Of a stretch of 64,000 bases of DNA, positions 19,784 to 29,437 are shown piece by piece. The first letter of the stretch is position 1. Each line of letters opens with the position of its first letter. The notes beneath the pieces were generated by a model. It had not been told where the DNA came from, ran no database searches, and saw only the letters and a program-made list of their open reading frames with translations. A program made the translations under genes and the position numbers. The stretch is from an uncultured Treponemataceae bacterium (GTDB lineage Bacteria > Spirochaetota > Spirochaetia > Treponematales > UBA12059), in the NCBI GenBank assembly GCA_964485395.1, contig CAZAJF010000015.1, positions 16,008-80,007 on the forward strand. Reading direction: 5' to 3'.

Positions 19784-22054
19784 ATGCCCACAACGGAACA
19801 AGAGTTGGAAAAGTATGGCGTCTGGGTAAAAGCAGAACCTCAAGATATCATTGAGGAACCCGAGACTGAGCATGAACTCCTTGATGATCTGGACTCCATG
19901 GAGCTTACCATCGAAGAACCGGAACCCGCGAAAGAAGAAACCTTCTTCTCCGAAGCGGAAGAAAACGCCTTGGACTCGTTGGATGAACTGCCAAAATTAG
20001 AAGAAGACTCGATTATTGACATACCGCTCGACGACCTGGATTACGAAAACGCTTCCGGCTCTGCGCCGGCAGTGTCGGCAAAACCGGTTTCAAAGCCGGA
20101 GGCTCCTTCCGCGGACGACATGACGCTTACCGAAATGTCGCTCGACGATTTTGATATGGGAGAGTTTGATACATCCCCTCCTCCGATGGCCGAAGAAAAA
20201 AAGCAGCCGAACGAAACCGAATCCCTGGATCTTTCTGAATTCGGCCTTGAAGACGAGGACAGCTCATCCGACAGTGCCGCATCTGCGACGGATGATTTTG
20301 AAACGATCGATATAGACCTGCAATTCGACGACACGATTCCATCGGTCGCGGACACGGCCAGCGAAACCGATGTTGAATTCAATCTTGACGACGTCGAGGA
20401 CATGAATTCCGCCGGTGGGGACATTTTCGTGGAATCCGGATCTTTTGATTCCAGCCAGGCGCCTGGCGTCAGTGCCGATTCCGATTCCGATTCCGTGCAC
20501 GAAGACGTAACGCTTGATTTTTCAGGTTCCGATAAATCCGTACGCAAGCCCTTGGCGGCCGCTGCGGCAAGGCTCCACGAAACGTCCATAAAGACCGGCG
20601 TCGACTCCTTTATCGATGCGGATCAAAACGAAGAATCCTTCATGCCCACCATCGACATATCGGCGGCCGAAAGCAAAGGAGCCGCGAAAAAAGGCTTCGA
20701 TGACCTTCAGGCCGTGGAAAAAGACTTGGCGGGGGAATCCCCGGAAATGCCGTCCGTGGATATTTCATCGTCCATGCTGGAGCAGATTGCCCGTGAATTA
20801 TCTTCCATAAAGCAGGAACTTGTCAGCTTAAGAAGCCAACTCAAGGAAATAAAAGAAGAGCCGAGAGCTCCCGCGATGGCGCCCGAAGCTGCGGAAACTT
20901 CCTCGCCGATCGCCGAGGAAGCTCCCGCCGGCGGCTTTTTCGACGAAGAAGATGACGAAACGATCGCGCTTACCGGCGCCGAATTGGATAATATCTTCAA
21001 TACCGCGGATTTCATCGAGGAAAGCGCAGACGACATCCAGGCAGAGGTAGCACCCGAGGAAACCGTCTCCCTGGACACGGAACTCCTTCCCGAAGATGGA
21101 GACTATCTTAAAAGCAGCCCGGGTATCGAGACGATAAACCTCCCCGAAGAACAGCTTCACGAAGAATCGCTCGAAGTCGAAGACAAACTCGAGTCCTTCG
21201 ATATCGAAGATGACCTGAGCCCGATCAGCCCCGCCCCGGAAGACACGAGTTACCTGGAAGCCGGCAACGAGGAAGAATTTCCGCACGACGAGCTGGTTAT
21301 GGAAGACGTCTCCCTCGAAGACGTGCCTCTCATGGAGCCCGATCTTTCGCAAATAGACCTGGATGAAGAATTGCCGCTCATCGAGTTGAGTTCGGACAAC
21401 GAAACCGAAGAACCTTCCAGCGACGATATTATCGAGGAAATCGTAATCGACGAGCATGAGGACGATCTCGTCCTGTCCATCGACGGTGAAGAACCGGTAC
21501 TCGATTCTTCCGCCGAAGCCGATTTCAGCTCCATCCCCGAAATCGAGGAACCCGAAGAAATCCAATTCGAGGATGAGGACGTAAACAGCGATCTTCACAC
21601 GGAAGATTTTGACGGTATGCCTTCGGAAGCATCCACGATCAAGCCGGCCGTACCCGTGCAGATACATCCAGACCAACTTTCCATGTCGCTCGACGACTCC
21701 CTTTTCGTGGAACAAGGATCTTCCAAGAAAGTGGAAAACGAAGCTGCCTTTGAGGCAGGAGATTCCTTCGATTTCCCGGAAATCGTAGAAATGGATTCTG
21801 GAATGGCCTCCTTGGACGAACCTGTAGAAGAAATCGTTGAGGAAATTCCCGCAGCCGTCGCAGAGACTTCCGAACCCGTTGCCCTGCCCAATCCGGATGA
21901 AGTTCCGGACAAATTGAAGCACGACATTAAATCCGTTTTGCTGTATCTGGACCAACTGCTGTCCGCTTTGCCCGAAGAAAAAATCGAGGAATTCGCGGCA
22001 TCCGAATATTACGATACGTATAAAAATCTATTTGAGGAACTGGGGATTTTATAA
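19784..22054 (+). CDS. Highly acidic, largely low-complexity cytoplasmic protein (757 aa)
   Basis: D/E-rich throughout; ordered islands 'ELEKYGVWVK', a central coiled coil, 'GGFFDEEDDETIALTGAELDNI' and a C-terminal helical region. Confidence 0.85.
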   Translation: MPTTEQELEKYGVWVKAEPQDIIEEPETEHELLDDLDSMELTIEEPEPAKEETFFSEAEENALDSLDELPKLEEDSIIDIPLDDLDYENASGSAPAVSAKPVSKPEAPSADDMTLTEMSLDDFDMGEFDTSPPPMAEEKKQPNETESLDLSEFGLEDEDSSSDSAASATDDFETIDIDLQFDDTIPSVADTASETDVEFNLDDVEDMNSAGGDIFVESGSFDSSQAPGVSADSDSDSVHEDVTLDFSGSDKSVRKPLAAAAARLHETSIKTGVDSFIDADQNEESFMPTIDISAAESKGAAKKGFDDLQAVEKDLAGESPEMPSVDISSSMLEQIARELSSIKQELVSLRSQLKEIKEEPRAPAMAPEAAETSSPIAEEAPAGGFFDEEDDETIALTGAELDNIFNTADFIEESADDIQAEVAPEETVSLDTELLPEDGDYLKSSPGIETINLPEEQLHEESLEVEDKLESFDIEDDLSPISPAPEDTSYLEAGNEEEFPHDELVMEDVSLEDVPLMEPDLSQIDLDEELPLIELSSDNETEEPSSDDIIEEIVIDEHEDDLVLSIDGEEPVLDSSAEADFSSIPEIEEPEEIQFEDEDVNSDLHTEDFDGMPSEASTIKPAVPVQIHPDQLSMSLDDSLFVEQGSSKKVENEAAFEAGDSFDFPEIVEMDSGMASLDEPVEEIVEEIPAAVAETSEPVALPNPDEVPDKLKHDIKSVLLYLDQLLSALPEEKIEEFAASEYYDTYKNLFEELGIL

Positions 22055-23042
22055 TGGGACTCTTGGAAAAAGCGGCCAAGGGACGCAACTTGGCCGTTGA
22101 CGCGCTGCAAGCAGATAAAAAAACCAACAGTCTGCTGGCAAGCCTGGAAAAAAAAAAGTCTCCGGGCCAAGCCCGAGCTTAAAGGATATTAAAGGATTAC
22201 TCGACTCGCTTGATGGATTCGACGTAAAGGCTTTCGAAGCCCCATGGGAACTTTGCAAAAGGCTGGACGGAACCGCAGGTATCGAGTCGATAATTCTGTA
22301 CCAGTTGTCGGAAATGCAATATACGCCAACCTTGGCGTACGGAAAGACGAAAAGCCTCGGAAATTTCTCAAGCTCCATCCTGCCTCTCGAGATCAGCCAA
22401 GGCGATTGCTCCGAAATTCCCCACGAAACCCAAGAATTGCTTTTTTCAAGCGTAAAAAGCGAAAATACCATAATCACGTTCTCTTTTTGCCTGGGCGAGA
22501 AACTGCTCTTCGTGATTCTGGAAAAGGATTTTTCTATCGACGACGCCGCTCTAGGTCGCATATCCTCGTTGATCGGATCCATCAGCGACTATCGAGCCTC
22601 AAGATTTTCCGCATGGCCGGAAAACGGGCAGCAAAACGCCGCCATCTTGAATAAAATAATAACGGGGTCCGATACGAATCGAGCCAAGCACGCGGCGCTC
22701 TTCGGAATAGACATAAAACCATTTATAAAATATTACACCGATGCCTTCGAAGGCCGTTCCGCCGCCGGTCTTGCGCGGGACGCTTTCTCGGTTATCTGCA
22801 CCAGCGTCAAGGCAAACGGCATCGTATTCGCGATCGACGGCAGCACAGCGCTTGCCGCGATCTTCAGCAAGACGCCCCATGATGCCCAGATGCTCGCGGG
22901 GCAAGTTTGCGCCGTTTTCGGCAGAATCGCTCCCCTTCAAGAACAAAACAAGCCGGTCTTCGGGCCTTTCGCCAATTTTGACATCGATGACCCGGCGGCC
23001 AAGCAGGAAATTTCCGATTTTCTCGCAACCGTCCAAGATTAG
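22054..23042 (+). CDS. Hypothetical protein split by a -1 frameshift at the A10 run (about 329 aa if joined); programmed shift, pseudogene or sequencing error
   Basis: ATG 22054 overlaps the upstream TAA; this frame stops at 22180-22182; the -1 frame is open 22119-23042 with no ATG/GTG/TTG until 22305. Confidence 0.7.
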
Positions 23043-23046
23043 AACC

Positions 23047-24591
23047 ATGCACAATGAATTTGACGCCAAACTCAAGACGGCGGACTCGAGATTCCACTCG
23101 CGCTATAATCCGGCCAGGGAAGCAGAACGCTTCGTGCAGGCTTGCATCGGGTCCAAGAGGCCGGGAATCGTCATCGTCTTGGGTCCCGGGGAAAACTATA
23201 TCCATGAGGCTATAAAAAATATACTGCCGCAGACGAGCATTTACAGCGTTCAGCCAAGCTCGGTCTTTTTGACCGACGGCGCAGGAGACGGCTCCGTTTG
23301 GACGCCCGATTCCCCGGGAACGCTGCGGCAATTCCTCAGAACGGCGCTGATAAACGAACGGGCAGCGGCCGGAGTCGCCGTGCTTGAATGGGAGCCGGTG
23401 ATGGCGGCGTTTCCCGAGGAATCGTCGCGGATCAGGAACGAGCTGACCAGATGCCTGGCCACTTCCGCCGCGGACAGGGCCACCGTATCCTACTGGGCAA
23501 GAAAATGGCTGCGGAATTCCCTGAACTTCTCTCTGAATATCAAGACGAGCGCGCTCTTGGGCCGGCAGGAATCGGCGATACTTCTGGCTGCCGCCGGCCC
23601 CGGGCTCACCGAGTCCATCGCCTCGATAAAGAAATTAAAAAGCCGCGCCTCGACTTGGGCCCTCGCCTCCGCGGTTCCCGCGCTGAGGCATGCGGGAATC
23701 GAGCCGGACCTTATTCTGGCCACCGATCCGGGTTTCTGGAACGGCGTGCATCTGCGCTACGCACTCGACCTCGACATTCCGTACGCGATTCCTCCAAGCG
23801 TCTGCGCTCCGTGGTCGTCGTTCAGGCCCGGTACGCAGATCGTACCCCTCAATACGGGGCTTCTCTTCGAGGAGATGGTTCTGCGGAAGACGGGCTCGCA
23901 CTGGACTTCCGCCCACGCTTTCGGAACCGCAGCAGGCACGGCCCTGTCGCTCGCGCTGGGCACGACGACCGGACCCGTCCTGTTGTTCGGGCTGGACTTT
24001 GCCGCAGAAGGCATCGTCTCGCACGCAAAACCCTACGCCTTCGACATCCTGCCCGCACTGAGGGAAACCCGCCTCGCCTCCAGGCATTCCGTCAATTACG
24101 GCGAGGTTATAGAAAGATATCCCGAGAGAAACGGGGACTGGCGTTTTTCAAGGGCATTTTCCGCATACGCGCAGGAAATCAGCATCCAGGAGAAAGACCG
24201 TCCGCGCGTCGTCCGCATAACCCGCTCGCCCATAGAGACGGGCGGCCTCCCGGGGCAGGACATTTCCATCCTCGACGATTTGCCGCTGCCGGGGCGAAAA
24301 CCGCTTGCGACGATCGGAACGCGGAAGAGCGTCGGCGCGGAGGCTGAAGGCTGCCCGGAACAAACGCTGCGGGACCTTCTCGCAATGGCGAGCCATGATA
24401 TAGAAAATTCACTGAGCCGAAAAAAATGCACATCCTTCGACACGACACTCGCTCTGAAGGCCCTGTGCCCCAAGGAATCAGCCACGCTGCTGGCCAAGCT
24501 TGCCCGCGGCGAAGCGGAGCCGAACGACGCGCAGACAACCATGGAAGCCCTGGAGAGGAACGTCGCGGCATGGATCAGGGATTTTTCATGA
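23047..24591 (+). CDS. Maf/DUF115 (MptE-like) motility-associated-factor family protein
   Basis: 'FHSRYNPAREAERF', 'LAAAGPGL', 'GTAAGTAL', 'LLFGLDF'. Start at ATG 23047. Confidence 0.8.
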   Translation: MHNEFDAKLKTADSRFHSRYNPAREAERFVQACIGSKRPGIVIVLGPGENYIHEAIKNILPQTSIYSVQPSSVFLTDGAGDGSVWTPDSPGTLRQFLRTALINERAAAGVAVLEWEPVMAAFPEESSRIRNELTRCLATSAADRATVSYWARKWLRNSLNFSLNIKTSALLGRQESAILLAAAGPGLTESIASIKKLKSRASTWALASAVPALRHAGIEPDLILATDPGFWNGVHLRYALDLDIPYAIPPSVCAPWSSFRPGTQIVPLNTGLLFEEMVLRKTGSHWTSAHAFGTAAGTALSLALGTTTGPVLLFGLDFAAEGIVSHAKPYAFDILPALRETRLASRHSVNYGEVIERYPERNGDWRFSRAFSAYAQEISIQEKDRPRVVRITRSPIETGGLPGQDISILDDLPLPGRKPLATIGTRKSVGAEAEGCPEQTLRDLLAMASHDIENSLSRKKCTSFDTTLALKALCPKESATLLAKLARGEAEPNDAQTTMEALERNVAAWIRDFS

Positions 24592-26267
24592 GCGCTTCGC
24601 TTGTCTTTGACAGGAATATCCTGGCCATCAGCACGACCCACGGCATAGCAGCCACCGAAAAAATCATTAACGCGCAAAGCAGCCCGGACGTCTCGTTCGA
24701 GATTTCGCGCTCCGGCATCATGGTACCGTTCCTGCGCTGCGGGCAACGGACTATTTCGATGCATTCCCGCTTCGATCCCAGGGGAGAGGCCGAAAAAATA
24801 GCCGGGAACAACCAGCACAAGGGCTTTTTCGTATTTCTTGGAATGGGAGGCGCGTATAACATCGTGCCGTTCCTCGAGGGGGTCCGCCTCTCACGCGGAA
24901 TAATAATAGAATACGACGCCGGCATCGTGAGGGCCATCCTCGAGAACATAGACCTTACGCACGTGCTTTCCGACAAGCGACTTACCCTGATCATCGATCC
25001 CGACGAGGACGAGCTGAAGGAATTGTTCATCTCAAAATACGTTCCGTCCATAACCGGCGACATGGCCGTGATTCCCCTGCATGGCAGGATCGACGCCGAG
25101 CCGCAGAAGTTCCAGGCAGCCGCGGGCTTCATCAAGAACTTCATGAACTACGTGTCTGACGATTACTCCGTGCAGGCCTTTTTCGGGAAGCGCTGGTTCT
25201 CCAACATCATCAAGAACCTCCCCCTAGCGAGCGCCTCCAGACCGTCCATCCCGCCTATAAAAAACGCTGCCGTGAGCGCTGCCGGCCCTTCGCTCGAGCT
25301 TCAGCTCGAAACCCTGCGCACCCGGGCAAAAGACATTTTCCTGATTGCCACGGACACGAGCCTTTCCGCCCTGAACGGTTTCGGGCTCAAGCCGGACGCC
25401 GTCATCAGCATCGACTGCCAGCATATAAGTTATTATCACTTCATGTCCGGAATTCCCGCCGGCGTCCCGGTCTTCCTGGACCTCGCCTCGCCCCCGACTG
25501 TCGCGCGGGTTTCCGGCGGCGCGTATTTCTTTACGTCGGGCCACCCTCTGGCACGGTACATCGCCGCCAAATTCAGGGCCTTCCCGGTAATAGACACATC
25601 CGGGGGCAACGTTACCCAGGCGGCCGTATCCCTCGCCGAATTCCTGGGAGCCCACAGGATATTCGTGTACGGAGCCGATTTCTCCTACCCGTTCGGAAAA
25701 AGTTACGCCAGGGGAACCTACGTCTACCCGTATTTCTACGCTCGCCAAAGCAGGCTGAAGCCGAGCGAATCGCTCTTCGGCGATTTTCTTTTCAGGAATC
25801 AGGTACTGGAAAGGCAGAACGACGAGAACGGCGTCTTCAGGTATGTAACCAAGCCCTTGGTGGCATACAAAGAACGGCTCGAGAGATTCGCGGCCTACTC
25901 CCGGGCGCTGGTGCTTCCGCAGCGGGAGCTTGGAGTGCAGGTAACGGGTTCGCCGGACGACAAGGCACGGAGAAAAGATACAGGAAGCATGTTCGCCTCG
26001 GGCAAGACCTTCAAGACGACGAAAGACTTCCTTTCGGATTATCACCGCGCAATCAGCAGACTTTCCATCCCCGAATTATCGGCGGGCAGGTACATGGACT
26101 CGCTGACCGCTGCCGAGCGCGATATCTGGACCACCATGCTTCCGTCCGCTGCCGCGATCAAGCGCGAATCGGAGGACGGATCGATTCCATCCCACGAGCT
26201 CCTGGAGACGACGAGGCTGTGGTGCCAGCGCGAGGTGGAAGAGGCCCTGGACTCCCAGCTTACTTGA
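24588..26267 (+). CDS. Maf/DUF115 (MptE-like) family protein, second paralogue
   Basis: 'MHSRFDPRGEAEK', 'SAAGPSL', 'IATDTS', 'SGGNVT', 'VYGADFSY'; ATGA overlap with the previous gene. Confidence 0.85.
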   Translation: MSASLVFDRNILAISTTHGIAATEKIINAQSSPDVSFEISRSGIMVPFLRCGQRTISMHSRFDPRGEAEKIAGNNQHKGFFVFLGMGGAYNIVPFLEGVRLSRGIIIEYDAGIVRAILENIDLTHVLSDKRLTLIIDPDEDELKELFISKYVPSITGDMAVIPLHGRIDAEPQKFQAAAGFIKNFMNYVSDDYSVQAFFGKRWFSNIIKNLPLASASRPSIPPIKNAAVSAAGPSLELQLETLRTRAKDIFLIATDTSLSALNGFGLKPDAVISIDCQHISYYHFMSGIPAGVPVFLDLASPPTVARVSGGAYFFTSGHPLARYIAAKFRAFPVIDTSGGNVTQAAVSLAEFLGAHRIFVYGADFSYPFGKSYARGTYVYPYFYARQSRLKPSESLFGDFLFRNQVLERQNDENGVFRYVTKPLVAYKERLERFAAYSRALVLPQRELGVQVTGSPDDKARRKDTGSMFASGKTFKTTKDFLSDYHRAISRLSIPELSAGRYMDSLTAAERDIWTTMLPSAAAIKRESEDGSIPSHELLETTRLWCQREVEEALDSQLT

Positions 26268-27843
26268 TCCGGACGGCCCTGCCGAAGGCTCCGGCCCGAA
26301 GCCCCCACGTGCGCGCCAGATAGTCATCGAGTTTCTTGGCCAGCGCGAGGGCGTTGACGCAGATCAAGTCGGTATTGCCGGTAAGCCATTCCGCGCGCGC
26401 GGGATACACGCCCGCAAGACGGGGAATTACGTTGTCGCGGTAATAGGAATCCACCCTGCCGGTGGATTGCTGCACGAGATAGGCCTGGAGCTCGTTTACC
26501 ATGAGGTAGCGGTTTGAGGGATCATAGCGCCGATACTCAAAATGAATCTTCCAGAAGGTCCGGGCTTCGGTGCTCAGGGAATCCCATAATTCCGACGAAA
26601 GCTTTCTGTAAGCCTCGTCGTAAAAGAACAGGGCATGGGACGATTCGTGGTCGATGAATACTCGGCGGAGATTTTTGTCGGATTCCCGGCAAATGGAAAT
26701 CATGGCGCCGTGGCCGGCAGAAAGAACGCCGCCTTCACCTTCCAACAGTATGGAATGCTTGACCAGAAGCGCATATAACGCCAGTTCCTGCTCGTTCAGG
26801 GGAAAATCCGTTTCTTTGGCCAGAGAATAAAAGGCGAACAGGGTGGATGCCGGATAATCGTGAGCATTCCAGCCATGTAGCGCCTTTATTTCCGAGTCCT
26901 TGGCCAGGCGGCCTACGAAGCCGGGTTTTTCAGCGAAAAAGGCCAGCCGCTTCAAAAAAAGATCTTGGACCGCGTAGTCCTTGAAGTCGAAGACCAAGGT
27001 CTCCGGAAGTAAATCCCATGACCACAGGGAAAAGTCGCCTTCAGGCGCCGGACACGACAGCAAGGCCTGCAAATCGGCCGGCGGCGCCCCGTTTCCAAAA
27101 TCAAGATACGCCTGCGCAAAGCCGCCTGCCGCGCTGAGCTGCAAAACCGGCGCTGCCTGCGGTGAAAAGACAGCGAGCGGAACGGTTGCCCTTAAGTGCG
27201 GCAGCGTGGAAATTTCCCACACGGTTGATCCGGAGGCGAACGTGACCGCGCCGCCGTTTACGCATTGCGCGACGGCCGAAGGGCCTCGTGCGCCGGAAAG
27301 GCCGGCCGGGCGGGGAAGCGAAACCTGCGTTATTAAATTATTCGAATCGTAGCGTATCGAGCAATCCGCCGAAACGGTCATCGTAGCCGAAGGCTCCGTA
27401 GTACGCCTGAGCCCGGTAAGGGTGGAGCCGAGGGAAATGCCGCGAAGGGAGAGATTCCCGGCTCCTCCCAAGGTAAGCTCCAATGCGGCGACCGTACCGT
27501 GGGCGGGTACGCGCAGCACGCATGAAGACCGGATATCTACGGAGTATGCGGCGAGCGGCAGCTTGGCCGCCGCCGTTTCGCGGAGACTCACGGAAAAGGG
27601 ACCGTCTGCGGTGATATCCAGCAGGAGATCGAGGGGTTCATCGATTCGGAGGGATGGAGAAAACGTCAATACCACGCTCGTTCTTCCCTGTTTCGACAAT
27701 GCCGTGGCGGTCTCCGGATCTTCGGCGGAAACCTGCGTGGGAATTCCGAGACTTACGATTAAACCGGGAACCGGATCGGCGGCGCTGCACGAAACCGAAA
27801 ACAAAGCGAGGAGAACGGTAAAAAACCTGCGGGCATTCTTCAT
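26260..27843 (-). CDS. Hypothetical lipoprotein with a zincin-like HExxH motif
   Basis: Lipobox-like SVS-C; 'FIDHESSHALFF'; downstream 'NELQAY'. Confidence 0.7.
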   Translation of the reverse strand: MKNARRFFTVLLALFSVSCSAADPVPGLIVSLGIPTQVSAEDPETATALSKQGRTSVVLTFSPSLRIDEPLDLLLDITADGPFSVSLRETAAAKLPLAAYSVDIRSSCVLRVPAHGTVAALELTLGGAGNLSLRGISLGSTLTGLRRTTEPSATMTVSADCSIRYDSNNLITQVSLPRPAGLSGARGPSAVAQCVNGGAVTFASGSTVWEISTLPHLRATVPLAVFSPQAAPVLQLSAAGGFAQAYLDFGNGAPPADLQALLSCPAPEGDFSLWSWDLLPETLVFDFKDYAVQDLFLKRLAFFAEKPGFVGRLAKDSEIKALHGWNAHDYPASTLFAFYSLAKETDFPLNEQELALYALLVKHSILLEGEGGVLSAGHGAMISICRESDKNLRRVFIDHESSHALFFYDEAYRKLSSELWDSLSTEARTFWKIHFEYRRYDPSNRYLMVNELQAYLVQQSTGRVDSYYRDNVIPRLAGVYPARAEWLTGNTDLICVNALALAKKLDDYLARTWGLRAGAFGRAVRIK

Positions 27844-27844
27844 G

Positions 27845-28612
27845 CTAGAGTAAAAAAATACTTTTTGCCGTATGCTGCGCGAGCTGGAAAATCCTTTCGG
27901 GGCTGAGGCGGCTGTCGGTCCGCGTAAGGCCGCCCCACTGCCCGGAAAAATCGTCGGGGAGAAGGGGCAGTTTGAGCAAAGCTTCGGTAAGGTTCCTGTC
28001 GGAAGGCTCCCAGGCCTTGTTTATGGCGAACAGTATGGATGCGCAGGCTTTCATGAAGCCGGCCAACGAAATATAGTAGAAGTACCTGTCGTTCTTAAGC
28101 GCCGCGCCCCCCAGATCGCTGAGGTGGTGCTCCATCTTGAACTGCCAGGTTTCCCGCAGCGTCGTCCAGAAATAGGCGGGAGTCGCCTCGAGTCCGGCTC
28201 TGACACGGTCGATCCAATCGTTCTTGCGATATAAAACGGATCCATGGACGATGCGATACAAAAAGTAAGTACCCGTGACGCTATGTATCCAGGCGAGGTC
28301 CTTTTCGTCCATAAGCACGAAGTTGAGCAACGCCGTCTTTTTATACTCGAGATGGATGGGCAGGCCATCCAGGAAAAACCTGTCTTTATTGCCCCCGGGA
28401 GTGCCTTCGAAGGCTCCGGGATTATCGAACAGGACGATGCGTTGTTCCATGGAAGGAATCGCTTCGTCGCAGTAAACGTCGAGTACGAGCGCGAAATAAG
28501 GATCCAGAATATCAGTTTCGGAAGCATCGCAGGAAAGCACGCAACTGACTCCCGGCCATGAGGCGAGAATCGCCGTCAGACGTTCCGCCATCAATTCTAC
28601 TCTGTGTTTCAT
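27845..28612 (-). CDS. DUF4037-like (degenerate nucleotidyltransferase-fold) protein
   Basis: 'DPYFALVLDVY', 'KDRF', 'LFAINKAWEPSDR'. Confidence 0.65.
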   Translation of the reverse strand: MKHRVELMAERLTAILASWPGVSCVLSCDASETDILDPYFALVLDVYCDEAIPSMEQRIVLFDNPGAFEGTPGGNKDRFFLDGLPIHLEYKKTALLNFVLMDEKDLAWIHSVTGTYFLYRIVHGSVLYRKNDWIDRVRAGLEATPAYFWTTLRETWQFKMEHHLSDLGGAALKNDRYFYYISLAGFMKACASILFAINKAWEPSDRNLTEALLKLPLLPDDFSGQWGGLTRTDSRLSPERIFQLAQHTAKSIFLL

Positions 28613-28699
28613 GCTAGCACCTCACGACGAGGATTATACAATGCAAGCCGCGATTAGGGAACACAATAAACATTAAATTCTTCATTCTCAACTGTAACG

Positions 28700-28719
28700 A
28701 AAGGCGTTCGAACGCCTTT
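28700..28719. promoter_or_regulatory. Perfect 20-bp palindrome in a divergent promoter region
   Basis: AAAGGCGTTC|GAACGCCTTT; extended -10 TGCTATAGT at 28737-28745. Confidence 0.5.
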
Positions 28720-28805
28720 TCACAAGGAATACCGTATGCTATAGTTGGTTAAAGTTTGAAAAACAAACCCGACTTTTCGCAGTATGACATATTTTTGGGG
28801 GAAAA

Positions 28806-29426
28806 ATGCGTTTGAGATTATTGATGCTGCTCGCGGCATTTACTGTCGTTCAAGTTGGGATTGCCGCCCAGGATGTTCCGCCGCAGGCCACCGGCATCGC
28901 CACTGCCGCAGACGCGACTGCCTTTGAAATGTTCGAACCGAAGGATACGCTTTTAAGCCTATCCGCAGGAACCTGCTTCGGTTTGGGAATCTACAACCCG
29001 ATAACATCGGAATTCCAGAAGGCGAATTTGAAGCCCGGAATGCTCATCGGCCTTTCCTACTTAAACTTCCTCAGCAATACGTGGGCGGTGGGTGGCGAAA
29101 TATCGGGCATTTTCCTCGCTTCGTCCACGGACAGGAATTTCTTCATGATGCCTATCGCGGCCAAAGTGGTCTACGCAATCGACTATAAGTCTTTTTTCTT
29201 TACGCCGTCCGTATCCCTGGGCATCGCGATTACGTCTCTAAGCGAGCTCCGCCACGTAGATCCCTACGTGAACATCGGTTCGGGCTTCGCATGGAGACCC
29301 AACACCGGAGTCAGCTACGCCATCAAGCTCGGCGTCGGCGTCATCCCCCAATTATACCAGGATACCGCGCGCAATCGACTGGGATTCTTCATGGACGCCG
29401 CGATTTCCGCTACGTACCACCTCTAA
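28806..29426 (+). CDS. Small outer-membrane beta-barrel (TP0733/OmpW-like)
   Basis: Signal peptide; alternating amphipathic strands; ends 'AISATYHL'. Confidence 0.75.
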   Translation: MRLRLLMLLAAFTVVQVGIAAQDVPPQATGIATAADATAFEMFEPKDTLLSLSAGTCFGLGIYNPITSEFQKANLKPGMLIGLSYLNFLSNTWAVGGEISGIFLASSTDRNFFMMPIAAKVVYAIDYKSFFFTPSVSLGIAITSLSELRHVDPYVNIGSGFAWRPNTGVSYAIKLGVGVIPQLYQDTARNRLGFFMDAAISATYHL

Positions 29427-29437
29427 CAGGAGCCAGA

